A DNA stretch of 64,000 nucleotides, from NCBI GenBank assembly GCA_040954595.2, contig CM082593.2:6851579-6915578 (forward strand). Reading direction: 5' to 3'. This document shows positions 14,101-28,393 of the stretch, piece after piece. The notes beneath the pieces were generated by a model, which saw only the letters and a program-made list of their open reading frames with translations, did no database searches and was not told the DNA's origin. The stretch comes from Balanoglossus misakiensis (lineage: Eukaryota; Animalia; Hemichordata). Made by a program: the position numbers and the translations under genes. The number at the start of each line of letters is the position of its first letter. The stretch's first letter is position 1.

Positions 14101-16854
14101 AATGTATAGATAATTTTGTTAGATTTGTACTTAAACATAGTTGGAAAACCTGTGGGTATGAAATTACATAGGAAGAAATAATTTGTTGAGAAAATCTCAG
14201 GGATCCTTATAATGTGTACATGTATGTAATGGAGTGCTTAGTCTCGTATTTCTTTTGTCTAGAATTTCCATTCAAAATGCTTCATTAGTAAATGATACGT
14301 TTTCTGTAATTTCTAGGGATGGGGGTGACAATTTGTCTTAGTTTTTCATTTTCTTTAATTTGACGCATGTGACAAGATGGATTTGTCAGGAAAAATGAAT
14401 AAAAAGGAAATATAATTCTCGAAGTGCTATGTGTTTGTAATCGCAGTGTATTACACGTGTATACATACATGTATAGTGGGTTCAATGGCACGAGGTTAGA
14501 GGATTTGCTGGAAAAAAGTGAAGGGTTATTCAAAATTTTGACAAGGTCAGAGAATCTGTCTTCAGTATCTCCTGCGTAGACATAACATGTTTACAATCTG
14601 CTCCATCAACTTTCGAAAGTACTGTGGTGGTACTGTTATGATTAAGAGAAGCTTGAAAGCAGTTTCAATTTTTTTTTTCCAGATTAAAAAAAATTGATAT
14701 CAGCCATTATCTGATAAAATGGCTCTTGGGTGAACATCATATGTTTTCCTCGGTTGTGGAATTGCACTGAATGACATTTGCATAGGTGTTTAGTGTTTGT
14801 TGTTGAATTGTATTAGCCCCAGATGCATAATTTTTGAGGTGTGAAAATGATCTATCATTTTTCCATGGCGGTCAGTCAGCTGACTGGCTGAGTTGACCCT
14901 ACACAGAACATATTTCATCGTAAAACTCTGCCCTTTAACTCACAAGGGTGACTGGGTCACTGTATGGAAAATTTATGTAGCTTTTCGCATTGTATGTAAA
15001 AAAAATGCTTTGCACCTTGGAGAAATCCTTGGGTTTTTACCAGTGGATGATATCAACAGAAGGACATCGGTATATTACACCGTCTGTGCACCACCACTGT
15101 GGTTGAGAATGGGAAGGTCGTAACAACATTTCCTCGGGGCAATCTCGGAATGACATTCTTTTCTCAATGACAGAAACTCTCCGACCTTGAGTGGCAAACA
15201 ATGCGGTAGTCGCTCACGATGGCCCTCGTCTCAATTGCTTGTGTGCACTGTGCGTTGAAAACCATCTGTGGTGCCTACAACCCTGTTTTGTGGAATAAAT
15301 CGCAAGGTTGATACAAAGAAAATAAACGTGTTGGGCTAAAAATCCGATGATCATACATGTATGGGAAATGAGAATCAAGGCAGAGTAACAGCCATCTGTG
15401 CAAATATAGCCGCAGTTGCCATGGAAGTGGAAATCTAGCCACTCACAGATTTTCACTTGGGTGGCCACACGAAAAAATACATGATTCTTAAAAAAACAGA
15501 GAGCAGTGAATTCATGGCAGCTACTCTTGTCTTCACAGATTGTATTCCTGTTTGGCCAACGGATCCGCCGATGAATTCCAGAAGGGCGAGCACCTCCTGA
15601 AAGCCAGGGCTGTCCGAGATGTCTTGCAAATTGGTGAGTACTTACAGGATACGCACAGCCGGCCAGCGATTAATGCTTGATTTCTCACAAGGGTACGGTT
15701 TTGCAAATGCCAAGTGAAAATGGGGGTGGGCGCTGCGAAATGTCAAAGGGTTTCCCTTCGTGAATACCCTGTTGATATATTCCAATAAAAGTCCACTATA
15801 AAATCCATTCGGTAACCTTGGTTCAATAATAGATACAAGGTCACTCCCGGATTAATTCTTTGGGATGAGCCTTAGTCAGTTAATAATATTCGTGCTATGA
15901 TTCGGAAAACTAGTCACTGCAAAATATTCACTGCATGTTTCTAACCACTGTTGACCTCATTGAATCTCAAAGACATCAGGTGTGAATGAGATGATATGTC
16001 AGATATGATATTTTTTTAATAGTTATTTTTGAGTTCTGATGTGCCTTCTAATATAAAATTGTGTTGCTTGTCAAAACCAAGTGAATTGAAATCTGTTTTG
16101 CTTCCATTTACAAGCCACAAACCTGTGTTTACTGAGTACAGCCCATTGTAGTGTCACTGTTGAGGTTTCTGTCAGTAGCAAATGTTGTCTTAGTCAAAAA
16201 GCACTGCCTTGTATTGGTAGACCTTGTTGAAGTCTCCACTTGTAATTTATCAGATTTTTCTGACAGGGGTGTATTTTTTAGATACAGATTTCAAGAACAA
16301 AGGGTTGGCAATGATTTTGCAAATTTGCACACATGCTCCTGTCAGAACTGGGCATTGTGCCTAGAAATACACACCTAGTATAGATTGTTTTATTTTTTAT
16401 TTTTTTGATGAGACATGGCTATTAATAGATTTTCTCAGTGTTGGCTAATTGCCACTATTGTTTCAAGCAATTGATCACTTCTCAATAATGGCGTTTTGAT
16501 TGACTACACAGGTTTCCATCTGAGCGCCACTGTGGTACCACCCCAACACCTGGCCCAGCCCAAAGGTGCTTTCAACGTGGCGGTCATGTTCGACCGTCGG
16601 CGCATCACCTCGTGCAGCTGCACGTGCAGCAGCGCCGCCAAGTGGTGCGCCCACGTGGTGGCGCTGTGTCTGTTCCGCATCCACCAGGCTCTGTCGGTCT
16701 GCCTGCGCGCCCCCGTGTCCGAGTCGCTGTCCCGGCTGCACCGCGACCAGCTGCAGAAGTTCGCCCAGTATTTGATCAGTGAACTCCCCCAGCAGGTGAG
16801 TTTGGCTTGTCAATACCATGTATTGTTGTTGTTGCTTTTGTGTGTGTGTGTGTG

Positions 16855-16892
<38 letters not shown>

Positions 16893-19800
16893 TGCGTGTG
16901 TGTGTGTGTTTGTGCGTGTGTCACTGTGTATGTGTGTGTGCGTGCGCGCATACACATGTATGCGTGCATGCATGCATTTTTAGGCACACATTTGTACAGT
17001 TATGTCTTTGTATACATGTTTATTACTCCTTACTCTGTAGTCTGTCAACAACTAGTGATGAATTATTCAATGTAACGGTTTTAAATTATTAACTATACAC
17101 GTTTTGAGATTTGTAATAAGATATACAGATAAATTTCTCATGTGAGCAAAATGCCAATTAATTAAAATACACATTCTTCTGTTTGCGTTTATTGTGAATA
17201 TCCCCAGACATGCAAATATATCAGTTACAGTATCGTCTAACTTATGTGAGAAATGTTGCTGTTAATACTGAAGGATGGAGTCTGAAATTCTTTCTGTGTC
17301 CGTTCCTTTAGATTCTACCAACCGCTCAACGTCTGTTGGATGAGCTGTTATCATCGCAGGAAAGTGCTATAAACACAGTGTGTGGAGCTCCAGATCCTAC
17401 AGCAGGACCCTCAGCCACAGAGCAGACCAGATGGTGCTTAGACGACAGCACTCTGCATGAGAACATCAAGAAGACTCTGATCAGGTTCAGTGGACCAGCA
17501 CCAATTGTATTCAGGTAAGGACGCCACGTAAAACTGGCAAGCTTTTATCCTGTGTTTGATAGGAGACATGGTTAGGTTGGATAGTTTGTAAAAGTAACCA
17601 GGGGCATATGGCAGTGAAAACTGTATAATACAGACACATGCAAGGTATACGGTCACCTATGTTACCATGGCAAATTCAGATCTAGCCAATCACAGATTTT
17701 CAGTGGGTGTGAAAAAAAGAGTGCCACCATATGTTCTTCAGAACGCTCAAATACGCCATTTCAGCCATATATGGGCGTATGTAAATTGGAGGTAACTGTA
17801 TACCTTTAATTGAGAGATGTTCTTCATAGACAGGTGGGATAACATTCTGTTCAAATTGTAGCTTTGGTCTTGAAAAATCTGGAGTCATTTTCTGATTGTG
17901 ATTGCAGTGATGTGAACTCCCTGTACCTGTCTTCCACCGCACCACCATCAGCCGCGGAGTGGGCAAGTCTCTTGCGACCGTTGCGGGGGCGCGAACCCGA
18001 GGGCGTGTGGAATCTGCTGTCCATCGTGCGGGAGATGTACAAGAGGCGGGACAGCAATGGGATTTCTCTACTTAAGATTTTAACCGAAGAGTGCATCTCT
18101 TGTGAACAGGTAGGGTTTTTAGGTCCCATTTGGTTTATTATATAATATATAAACCATGGGACCTTATGGGATCGGTTGCGTCTGTATGTATGGATGGATG
18201 GATGTATGTATGTCGGTCCACATCAAAAACTTGAAAACTGCTGAGCGTGTAAGTCATGCCAAACCCTTGCTTTGAGAGGCATACATCATCTACTGCATGT
18301 CATTGAGAGTGGTTGATGAAACAGTTACTTAGCACTGAGACTGTCTGAAGTGGTTTATCGACAATCATGTAAACAACACATATATTATCTGAACAACACC
18401 TGTATAGTGTGCTGTTTGTAGACATTCCCAAAAGATTGCTGAAATAGTTCTACATCACAATAGTTGCACAACTAAGAAATGTGATTTTCAAACGCTATAC
18501 ATGTATGCAATTAACTCTTTCACCCCCAGTTCCCTATTCAGAGGCCAACCATACCATACAAAACAATAGATTTGGACTGGACCATAGTGGTGAAAGGGTT
18601 AAAACAATGAATTGTCTGTTTTGCTTTTGTAGATAATTATCTGGTGGTTTAATACCAGGACCTCAGCGTCGCACAACGGCCATGGGGGACACAGCAGTCG
18701 GAACAGCAACAGTACGTCCGCGGCCTCCCAGCATGCCTGCGCCAGTCTGGGCGACGAGATTGTGACTCTCTGGAGGTTGGCCGCCTTGAATCCGCTGCTG
18801 GGCCCCCAGGAGTGCCAGGAGCTGTGGGACCAACTGCGCAACTGGCACACGTCGGTCATCGAGCGGGTGCGCAAGGCCCGCGGAAGCGGGATACGGAAGG
18901 CGGACATCGAACTGTTCTCGGGGTTCAAGCCGTCGATCGAGGCGTGCCTCTTGGACTGGTCGGAGTTCCCCGTGGAGGGGATCCCCTGCGCGACCAGGCA
19001 CCCCTGTCTGCGGGCCAAGGTCGTGGAGGTCGCCCCGTGCGCGCCGCCGCGCGCCGCCGGGTCCGATCTGGGCTCCGACTCGAACGACGCGAAAGTCGCC
19101 CCCGACAACGCAAGTGACAATCCCACAGCAGCGGGCTCACCGAACGTGGTGGCCGCTGACAATTCTCAAGAGATGGTTTCTTTCCCAACTCAGGAAGTCC
19201 GCAGCAAACCTGAAATCAAACTGCGAAGCTCGTGTGTGAGCTCCAACGACAAGGGCGAGGACGCCGACTCGGAAAGCTCCGACACGAAACCGACACAGGG
19301 TGTAATCGCGGACGTTAAAAACGAGGGCTCGGCAGGGGATCTGTTAGACGCCGCCAAGAAGGGTGGCAAGAAGAAAACCAAAACAAAACATTGCGAGCCG
19401 GACTCCGAGCTCGATGTCAGCAGCAGTGGGGCGAAAGTGGAGAGTAGTGACATAGAATCCGATCCAGCCGTAGATAAAGTCCCCACTGAATCAGCGCCCT
19501 CTAGTGATGAGTACCAAGTCTACTTTTATGACACGAAAGCCAAGGTACCATCCACCAATGACAGGAGCAAGAAGAGAGACGACCCACCAAATTTCTTTGC
19601 AGGGATTAAAAAACCAGATAACCCGTCAGATGTAAGTACTTGTGGCAATCTCGGAGTTCCTGTCTCATATCTGTTCATAATAGTGATATTTTGATACAAT
19701 GTCATTTTGTCTATTTCTTTTTTATTTTACAGAAGTGAAATAAATTCATTCACTGCTGGTTTGAAATGCTTGTGATTGTTCATAGCAAAAATTGAACACT

Positions 19801-22800
19801 TTTCAAACAACAAGAAATGAAACAAAAAAGCCGTGAACATGATGTATATTTTCTGTACCATTCGTTTGAAAGTGATTTTATACATGTACAGTACTAGTAT
19901 GTGATGAAATTTTGATTTCTTTCATAGTACAATGTATGCTCATTTCTCATTTTGATGTTAATTTACACAAATGACTTGACAAAATTACACTGAGATTTCT
20001 TATAATGTTACCCTTCAGTTACTGATGATTTTAAACAAGACCAGTGTTTTCTCCAGGACGCGCGATCGCGCGATTCCCCCTCTTTTACACTTGACGCGCC
20101 CCTTGTAACAAGTTCAGGGGGCGACAATCGCCCCTTCTTGAGCAGCCCACCCGGCCAGTACATGCGCGTCCAAGCCTCCATAGCATGTACCGTCAGTCAA
20201 AACACTGGGAAAACGGCCGATATTACTGCGTGCTGGCCTATACATTTTAACTTCCCACCCCCAAAACTATGTTGTAGATGACTTTCACATTCATTTACGT
20301 TTAATTTAGCTCCAGGGCTATAGTGTGCAATTGTTGGAACAGCCTATCTGGATACGGTCTAAATTTAGAGCACACACTCTGCACTCAAGTGAACTTGTTG
20401 TTATGGCGACTTTTGAAAATGGGTTGGCAGAACGTAACAATTTTATGCAAATTAAAGAAACTGCGTTCATGCCATCGGGATTATCAAGAATGTATCAGTT
20501 TTCCATGACCTTGTTTTCTTACTTAGGAAGGAAAGTCATTCAATTTGTACAGAGACTGTTTATTTGAGTAGTGCGCCTAGCCACAGATGGGGAAGTGTAG
20601 GCAGAAATCTGAAGAAATATATACCACAGTCTTCAATTTATTTCACTATTAATGGTTTCACATTCTAATATTTTGGCAGCTAAACTGAAACTTTTAAAAT
20701 CAAACAAGAAATTGTTTTCTCAGGTATAGTATTAAAGAAAGACACTACATGTATTATTTTAGCAGTTGCATTTATTTTATTCATTTAACTCTACTTGCCA
20801 GGGAAGCAGTTAATCAGTCACTCTCCTACCACTTGTGTAATTAATTTCAGGAGAGTTATTTTCAGCTCTCCAGCATTTTTTTAAATTACATGCCCTGAAA
20901 GTTATGCAAGCTGGTGTCTTCCTCTGCAAAATCTACTAATTTAAAATAGAAAAAACTGTCTGTTAATATGTTGTCAAGTTCACATGTAAAATGTTGTAAT
21001 TTACTTATGCTGTTTTTAATATGGAATGAAGGCAGTTAGTAAGTTAACGTTCAAAATTGTCATTCCTTGATGTTTACCTAATTAACATAAATTATGCAAA
21101 TCATGATTCCCCCCTATTTTGAGCAAATCCCCCCTTAATTTTGGACTAAGGGGGGACATTCCCCCTTTCTCTCAACATCCTGGAGAAAACACTGCAAGAC
21201 TTTCTTACATGTTTACTTTGAAATCCACAGATACTCTTCGCCCAAGCAGAAGCGCTGTATGCTCATGGATACACTCGGCAGGCGTGTAAACTGGCCCTTC
21301 AGCTGGCCGAACAACTGCTCTCCAATTGTCCCAAAGTGACCGTGGATCAGGCCACGCTGGCGAGTCTCTCCAACAAGGCTCGCAAGAAGCAGATCAACAC
21401 ACTGAGCATTCTGGCCAGCAACACTCTGGCCAAAGCGGTGTTCTTGTGCAGCGTGTTGTCCGAGGAGGCCGAGTCCTACCACGTGGCGTTCAAAGTGGCC
21501 ATGCTGGGTTTGGAGATGCCGCGGTTACCGGCGTCAACAAAGGCATTTGAGGTGAGAAATGTTTGGTAAATCTGCAACTTCTACCTTCCAAGGTATTAAG
21601 AACTCACTGATTTTATTCTGTATGACCTTAAACGTTCTATCACAATTCTATCATAAATATCACCTAAACTACATGCTGATAGTGTATACAGTTCATGCCA
21701 TGCCATCATACACCCTGAAAAATTATTCAAGCACTTTGAGTGGCCATTTTTATGTCTCATTGGTTTATACCATGGGACCTAATGGGATCAGTTGCGTCTG
21801 TATGTATGGATTTACGTATAAAAACTTGAAAACTGCTGCGCATATAACCTCGATATATTTTTCCCTTTCCCTCAGACAAAGTTTTTGAAGGAAAACTCCA
21901 AATAACTAAAATAAAATTACAGTTCATGTCCTCCCATCTACGACTTCAAAGTAAATATTTACTTTTCCTGGTGTCAAAACGTTTATCTGATTTGAGAAAT
22001 CTGACACCGTTGAGATATATGAAATGCATGCAAAATCAAATGTCAGTATTCCAAAATAAGATTGATGGATTTGACATTGTTAGTTTTACATCCAGTTATA
22101 TTTTCTACCGTTTAATGATAGCAACACGTATTACTTGTGGATTTACGTTAGGTGCACATTAGAATACATGTACACCTTTTTCTGTTGACGTTAAAATGAT
22201 TTTGATGTTGTTTCTACATATGGATGTTTTTTCAAACCTGTATTGTTTATTCTATCACAGGTAAAGCTGGCCCACCAAGAATCAGAACTGGTGTCTCTGC
22301 TGAAGAAGATCCCACTGTCTCCGGCAGAACTGGGCGTGGTCAGAGAGAGAGCTGAACAGCTGAGAGACGGACGCCACAAGACGCGTGGTGATGCTCTCCT
22401 ACCCATCATGTTGACAACTTTCATATTTGATGCTCTCACGCTACCATGTAAGTCTGGGAAAATATCGTGAAAAATATTTTCTGTCCTAAGTACTAATGTA
22501 TACCCCTATGTTATGTATATGTTGGGGTTCAGGCATGAAAGGGTTGAAATTTAACCCGTGCACCACCATGGTTTGGTCCAAGTGCATTGTTTTCAACAGT
22601 AAAATTGGACCTCTACATATGGAAACAGGGGTGAAAGGGTTAAAGTGAAATATCCCCAGGAAGTGTTGGTTCTACTCTTTGACTGTAAAGATAAACCTGT
22701 CTGACAGTTTAATAAAGATGAATGAATTAATATTTTTTTTGAAATACAAGGTTCGATAAACATCTTGTATTTACATGTATTTGAGAGGCACGGGATTTCA

Positions 22801-25800
22801 CCGCAAGTTTTGCACATCTTTCCAGGCACGTCGCCGAACGCCAGTCGCCCGCCAAGCCGGAGCACCAAGGAGCGTTTGCCCAGTGATGAGAAGTTGGGCT
22901 TTGCGGCCGCCGTGGCCGCGTTGAGTTTAAAAGCGAACGTCTCGGAAGCTGAACATCCCCTGTTGTGCGAGGGCACCAGGCGACAGCGTGGCGATCTGGC
23001 GATCATGCTTCTTCTGCGCTACAAAGATGATCAAAGCAAACTGAGATTGGTAAGTGAGCTACGCTGGGATTTATAGACAACTGTGCACTTAGTTATAACA
23101 TAAGGCATTCTCCACACACATAACTTTCCATATTGTGTACTAAACAAAGTCCTATAAGTATGCAAATTGCCTGACAACTCATCTAATATAAGTGCATACA
23201 TCACTGTATTTGTGAATAACCCTAAACGAGTGGATGTGAGTCCACTGTTGCTCAGAATGTAAGTCCACTGTGGGTCATTTTCAATTCATTTTACAATAAC
23301 AGATATATGAAGAAATTCTTTGCTTCTTTACAACTGTGCTGAAAGTTGATCATTGTGGTAGCAATAGCACATAGAATTTACCCTCTGAGTTTAATACAAG
23401 TTGAAATACACACACATACACAAAAGCAGCATTTCTACCATGTTACAGCATAGTTGCTTACACAACTGTTTAAGTGGGAGTTGTTGAAATAAATAAAAGA
23501 CTCAGATATTGACAGTCTGGCCTGCAACTCGTGTGTGAACAGGTTGTGGGCAATGAAAAAAGAAAGTAAACAAATTGGACAAAGCATGTCTCTTTCGTTT
23601 TTGGTACGGGAAGGTCGTGACCTGGTGGACCACACCACAATAGTCAGGGTGTGTGCAGGGTCGTAAATCATGCAGGGGCATGAAATGTCTGGGCAGTGAC
23701 ATGTCTCGTCATGCCATTGACTGGGTGACAATAATTGCATAAGGCTTTGTGTAAACATTGAGGCACTGTAAACAAGACCATGTTTGGATTAGAATATGAT
23801 GCAACATCAGCAAATGTGTAATTCACCTATGTAATTGCAATGGAATTAAATATATTTTTCTTTTCCGGATAGATTCTAGATGCGCTATTGGATAAGACGC
23901 CCCAACAGCGGCACAAACCACCTGGTAACAATCACCCGGCACCTGTTTCCAAATCAGCCAATCAGATGCCGGCTAGCAGTAAATCCTCATTCAACAACCA
24001 ACCGGAACCCTCCAAACCTGGCCGGCTAACCGGCGACGGAGGGGGAGGAGGGGAAGACGGCAGGATGGGGTCGGGCAGCCAGGGGGCGATGAGGAGCGAC
24101 GTCGTGGTTGTGGGTCCGGCGGCGGACGGCCGGAACGACGCGGACAAGAGCAGGAATATGTGGCACCCGGAAGAGGGCAGCCCAGAACTGCTGGCCATGC
24201 AGCAGCCGGCCGTGAATCCGTCGAATTCGTCCGGCGGCGCCAAGACCCCGGACGAGGGCGGGGAGACGGCCGAGCACGTCCACAACATGGGAGCGGAGAA
24301 TTTCGAGAACAAGAATGATCTGGTGACCGAGTGGCAGGAGGAGGCGGCGGCCGCCATGTCCGGTCAGCAACCCCCGGCCTGGGACCACCATCACGCCGGG
24401 CACTTCTGGCAATCCAAGATGTGGTTCAAGACATCGAGAAAGAGCAGAGGTATGTTGAATGATATCACTTGCTTCTTTCCACAGTTTGATTCAAACTCAC
24501 AGAGATGGTCTGATCTCCGTACACACTGTTTATTGAGTGGTCAGTTTACAATACATTTGTATCCAACCAGACGCAGACTTTGGTTGCTGCCATCTTGTCC
24601 GTTGTTAGAACAGCACACTGCCTTATGGCATTGACTGTATATGATTTATTGTAACCAGAGTCTCTGGTTTGGCACAGGTGCATAAGACGATCGTCGCCCT
24701 TTAATAACCAATTTCTATTGGTCGTCTCACCAGGTGTAGCAATAACAGATGCATCGCAGCACCCCCTGGCGCACTCGGCCATGTTTGGACGTCGGCAAGC
24801 GCTGTTCGCGTGGCGCCATCCTCCGGGACCCGGCAGCGACAGCAGCAGCAGTGGGAATTCCTCCGATTCTGTCAGTTCAAGTAGCTCAGGTGAAAAGGGA
24901 CCAACGACGCGACAGAAGATACGCGATCTTGAAAGGTGAGTAGGCGGGGGGTCGTTGGTTGTACGACTTGTCAGGATTGCTACATACAGGGTTCTCCCCA
25001 TGCTGGTCAGCGGTGAAAAAGCTATCAAACGAACTCTGCCAGCAGGCAATATTTTGTACTCAATCTAGTCCATTGTCTCATTTTGATGCATTGATGAATG
25101 GGTATGACTTGCAACAGACATGAATATTTAATAAGCATCCATGTTAATGAGTATGAATATTAAAGAGAAGTGATTTCTGCATTAAAGGCTATCCTGCTGA
25201 CCAAGTCGAGTCTTTTTATCTGCCCATTTCAGTTCTGGTGTGCCAGTGCGTTTTGGTCCAGCCCTGGCAGCAGAAATGGTTGAATCCAGAAGTTCCACTC
25301 CAAGTCCCAAAGTGAACAGGTACATGTATGTCACATCGAAAAAGTTAATATGTGAAATCAAAAACTATGCAAGAGACTGCAGCAAAACATGTGTCCAGAC
25401 CAATGCCATTCTGTAGGTCATGATACTGTAGTTATTTTCTTACAATACACTGAAAACAGACAAAGGATGTGAAACTTTAATCTTTATTCAGATATCGTCG
25501 TGGTCGTCGCAACGAAGGATTGTCACCGACCGTACCCAACCAGCCGAGTGAGGCCGCCGCCCACTTCTACTTCGAGCTGGCCAAGACGGTTCTGAACAAA
25601 GCTGGAGGAAGCAGCAGTACGTCCCTGTTCACACAGCCAGCGAACAGTTCCAACCAGGCGGGCCCGCACCGCGCTCTACATCTATGCGCCTTTGAGATTG
25701 GTCTGTACGCGTTGGGGCTGCATAATTACGTCTCTCCCAACTGGCTGTCACGAACATATTCATCACATGTGTCTTGGATAACTGGTAAGCAAATCAATTT

Positions 25801-28393
25801 TCAAGTTCTCAAATGTCAAAACTTGCACTTAATTTTTATAAACAGAAAACTCTCCAGTACTATTGTGTTAAAAATGTATATGTACATTGAGAATGGCCAG
25901 AAAACCCATTTCTACTATTGTCATATTCTTTAAAATAGCGCCATGAAGGAAACTAAATTCAGTAGTCAAATGTGTGAGAAAATACTGGCAGCATTTCTCT
26001 GTTTTATTTCTAACTTCATGGCATATTTCATGATCCAGCATTTTGTCGGGTGAACTTTAACCTTTGACTTGTCACCACAGGTCAAGCTATGGAGATAGGC
26101 AGTGCGGCCATTTCCCTGCTGGTGGAGTCATGGGAAGGTCACCTGACCCCTCCCGAAGTGGCATCCCTGGCCGACCGAGCTTCGAGGGGTCGTGACCCCA
26201 ACATGGTGCGGACAGCGGCCGAGCTGGCTCTCTCCTGTCTCCCACATGCACACGCGCTGAATCCAGCTGAAGTCAACAGAGCTTTGATGCAGGTGAGTTT
26301 GGACCTCAGATCCTGTGAGTGAGGCTTATCTCGTTTATTGAAGCATCCTGTATGTTTTTGTGCACAGGCGTTCTTGCTACCTGAATTGGTGCGGTACGTC
26401 TAGGTTCAAATCCCATCAAATACTGGTTGATTGATTTACATGAAATCATGGAGCACTTTTATTCCAGAAAGACCTGCATCTCTTTTCTGATGGTATTGTT
26501 TCAAGAGGGGTGTGGGCCTCCTTATGACAAAGGGGATATCTTCATTCGAGTAAATTTCTAGCCCATCCTTTTTTCAGAGAAGGGACCATTGGGTCTCTAC
26601 TTTAAAAAAAAAATTTAACTTGAAAATTTCATCTGACATATCGGGTTTTGTATAAAAAAATATAGTCCCACCAAATTGCTAGAAATCAACCATTATATAT
26701 GTGCCTTGGGTTACCGTGTGTTTGATTTTGTTTTATGGCACTTTTTTTTCCAGTGTAAAGAGCAAGATATGGAGATGTTAGAAAGAGCTTGCACAGCAGT
26801 GGAAAAAGCAGCCAAGGGTGGTGGAGTGTATCCAGAAGTTCTCTTCAACGTGGCCAGGCAGTGGAACTGGTTGTTTGAACAGGCATGCCTGAAGAACGAC
26901 TGCTCCACGTCCAACGGGATCTCGTCCGCGGCGGCCACCAACTCGCTGGTGACGGTCACCGCGTCGGGGCCGGCGACCACGAACTCGGAGCCTCTGCAGT
27001 GCGGCGAGGGCGTGGTCGCCGGGGCGGTGGGCGGCGGCGGGATCCAGCAGCCCGTGTACACGACGGCCGTCACGTACGCGCCCATGTACCCCGAGTTCAT
27101 CCCGGTCAACACGTACTGTCCCCGGCCCGGGTACGACCAGGCCATGCCGGTCACCGTGGCGCCGCCGCAACAGTCGTCGGTTGCCGTGACGACCAGCCAG
27201 CCGACGATACCCCCCGCGTACATCCCGCAGTACGCCTACCCGCCGGTGCCTCCCCCGCAGGCCGCCGCCCCTGCCCCGCCCGCCCCGAACCACTACGCGG
27301 CGCAGGTGCCCACCTGTCTCCCCATCCCGATGTCGTCGCATTTCCACTACGCGCCGCCGCTACCCGCCCCGGCGCAAGCAGCCCACATCCCATCCCAGCT
27401 GAGCTACGCACACCCGTCACCCGCTCAGTACACCCTCCCCACACCTCCCCCACCAGCGCCCCCCGCACAGAACAATGGATCCATCCAGATTGCACCGACC
27501 CCGGCCAATCAGCAGGCGCTGTACTATCTTCATTCGACATTCCGTGTGGGTATGCTGGCCATGGAGACCTTAGCAAGGAGGGTGCATGATGAGAGACCGC
27601 AGACCCGGTTTGCCAGGAACCCTCCTTATGGTGATGACATCAAATGGCTCCTCAATATTGCTATGAAGTTAGGTAAGTGGAACAATTACAGTGAATTTTA
27701 GCCTAATGAATTTTATTTTGATAAATGAAAGAAGTAACAGAACAGAAACAAGACAAAACAGCAAAAACGAAAGACTGACAAAACGAAACTCGCAATGAGA
27801 AGAGCATTGACAGAATAACAAACATAGACAATTGAATTTTGCCTCATGAAACAAAAATAATTTTTATTGACTAAAGTTAATGGTATATGGGAGTTGATGA
27901 TAGCTGCAGAGATTTAAATTATGATGACAGAATTATCTTTGCTGATTGAAACTTGAAGACGTTCATAAGGTGACCCCTGCTTCTATTTTCTGCTTCAGGC
28001 ACGTCTTTCCTGCAGCAGTTCTGCGTGAGCGCCGTCAACGTGATCGTCAGCCCCTTCATCCTGCAGGACATCGCCATCGAGTCGGCCCACTACCTGACGC
28101 AGCTCAACCACGCCCAGTTCTCCACCAACCTGCGCTCGCCCATCCTCAGCCCCATCATCCAGAAGTGTCTGCAGATGTACTCGCAGTGCATCCACAGCCG
28201 CCTCTTCCACATCACCCCCAACGAGTACGAGGACTTCATCAGCATCGTGCGCACGGCCCGCGGCGCCTTCTCCATGGTGCCCGGCGGCATGGTGCAGTTC
28301 AGCGAGCTGCTGCGAACTCTACAACGCACCAAGTCCTGCAAGAAGGAGCTGTGGCAGCGACTGTGGAACTGTCTGGCCTCGGGTAGCATGTAA
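8117..28393 (+). CDS. ZSWIM8: Zinc finger SWIM domain-containing protein 8 (EBAX-1/Dora orthologue; Cullin-RING ligase substrate adaptor)
   Basis: Exons 8117-8282, 10924-11077, 15539-15633, 16512-16795, 17312-17514, 17908-18109, 18633-19631, 21231-21551, 22261-22447, 22826-23049, 23873-24449, 24734-24935, 25233-25319, 25492-25784, 26081-26292, 26754-27672 and 27999-28393. All are GT-AG and phase-consistent: 5520 nt, about 1839 aa. Hallmarks: FSFEDSDRFEEDSLCSW, BC-box PLVELAA, SWIM CSCTC..WCAHVVA, PNQPSEAAAHFYFELAKTVL, PNWLSRTYSSHVSWITGQ, C-terminal KSCKKELWQR. Confidence 0.96.
11951..12125. mobile_element. Two adjacent piggyBac-like family B MITEs in opposite orientation
   Basis: TTAA-CCCTTTTACCACC..GATGAAAG-TTAA-A-CCCTTTCACCCC..GGCAAGGGA-TTAA. 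Confidence 0.65.
16839..16980. repeat. (GT)n/(GCGT) microsatellite in ZSWIM8 intron 4
   Basis: Directly visible dinucleotide run. Confidence 0.95.
17643..17805. mobile_element. Kolobok-like MITE family A copy
   Basis: AGGTATACGGTCACC..GGTAACTGTATACCT+TTAA; internal sequence matches 266-449. Confidence 0.75.
18116..18250 (+). mobile_element. Helentron-associated (DINE-1/HINE-like) element fragment
   Basis: Starts in a T run, has a subterminal inverted repeat AGGTCCCAT..ATGGGACCT, then an (ATGG)/(ATGT) microsatellite. A second homologous copy lies at about 21745-21850. Confidence 0.5.
18515..18598. mobile_element. piggyBac-like MITE family B copy
   Basis: TTAA-CTCTTTCACC..GGTGAAAGGG-TTAA. 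Confidence 0.7.
20042..21194. mobile_element. Non-autonomous hAT-like DNA transposon, 1153 bp, 6-bp TSD
   Basis: Perfect 17-bp TIR CAGTGTTTTCTCCAGGA / TCCTGGAGAAAACACTG. CAAGAC flanks both ends (20036-20041, 21195-21200). Subterminal ATTCCCC motifs. No transposase ORF. Confidence 0.85.
21745..21850 (+). mobile_element. Second copy of the DINE/HINE-like fragment
   Basis: ACCATGGGACCTAATGGGATCAGTTGCGTCTGTATGTATGGAT..AAAAACTTGAAAACTGCTG matches 18153-18244. Confidence 0.5.
22555..22639. mobile_element. piggyBac-like MITE family B copy
   Basis: TTAA-CCCGTGCACCACC..GGTGAAAGGG-TTAA. Confidence 0.7.
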
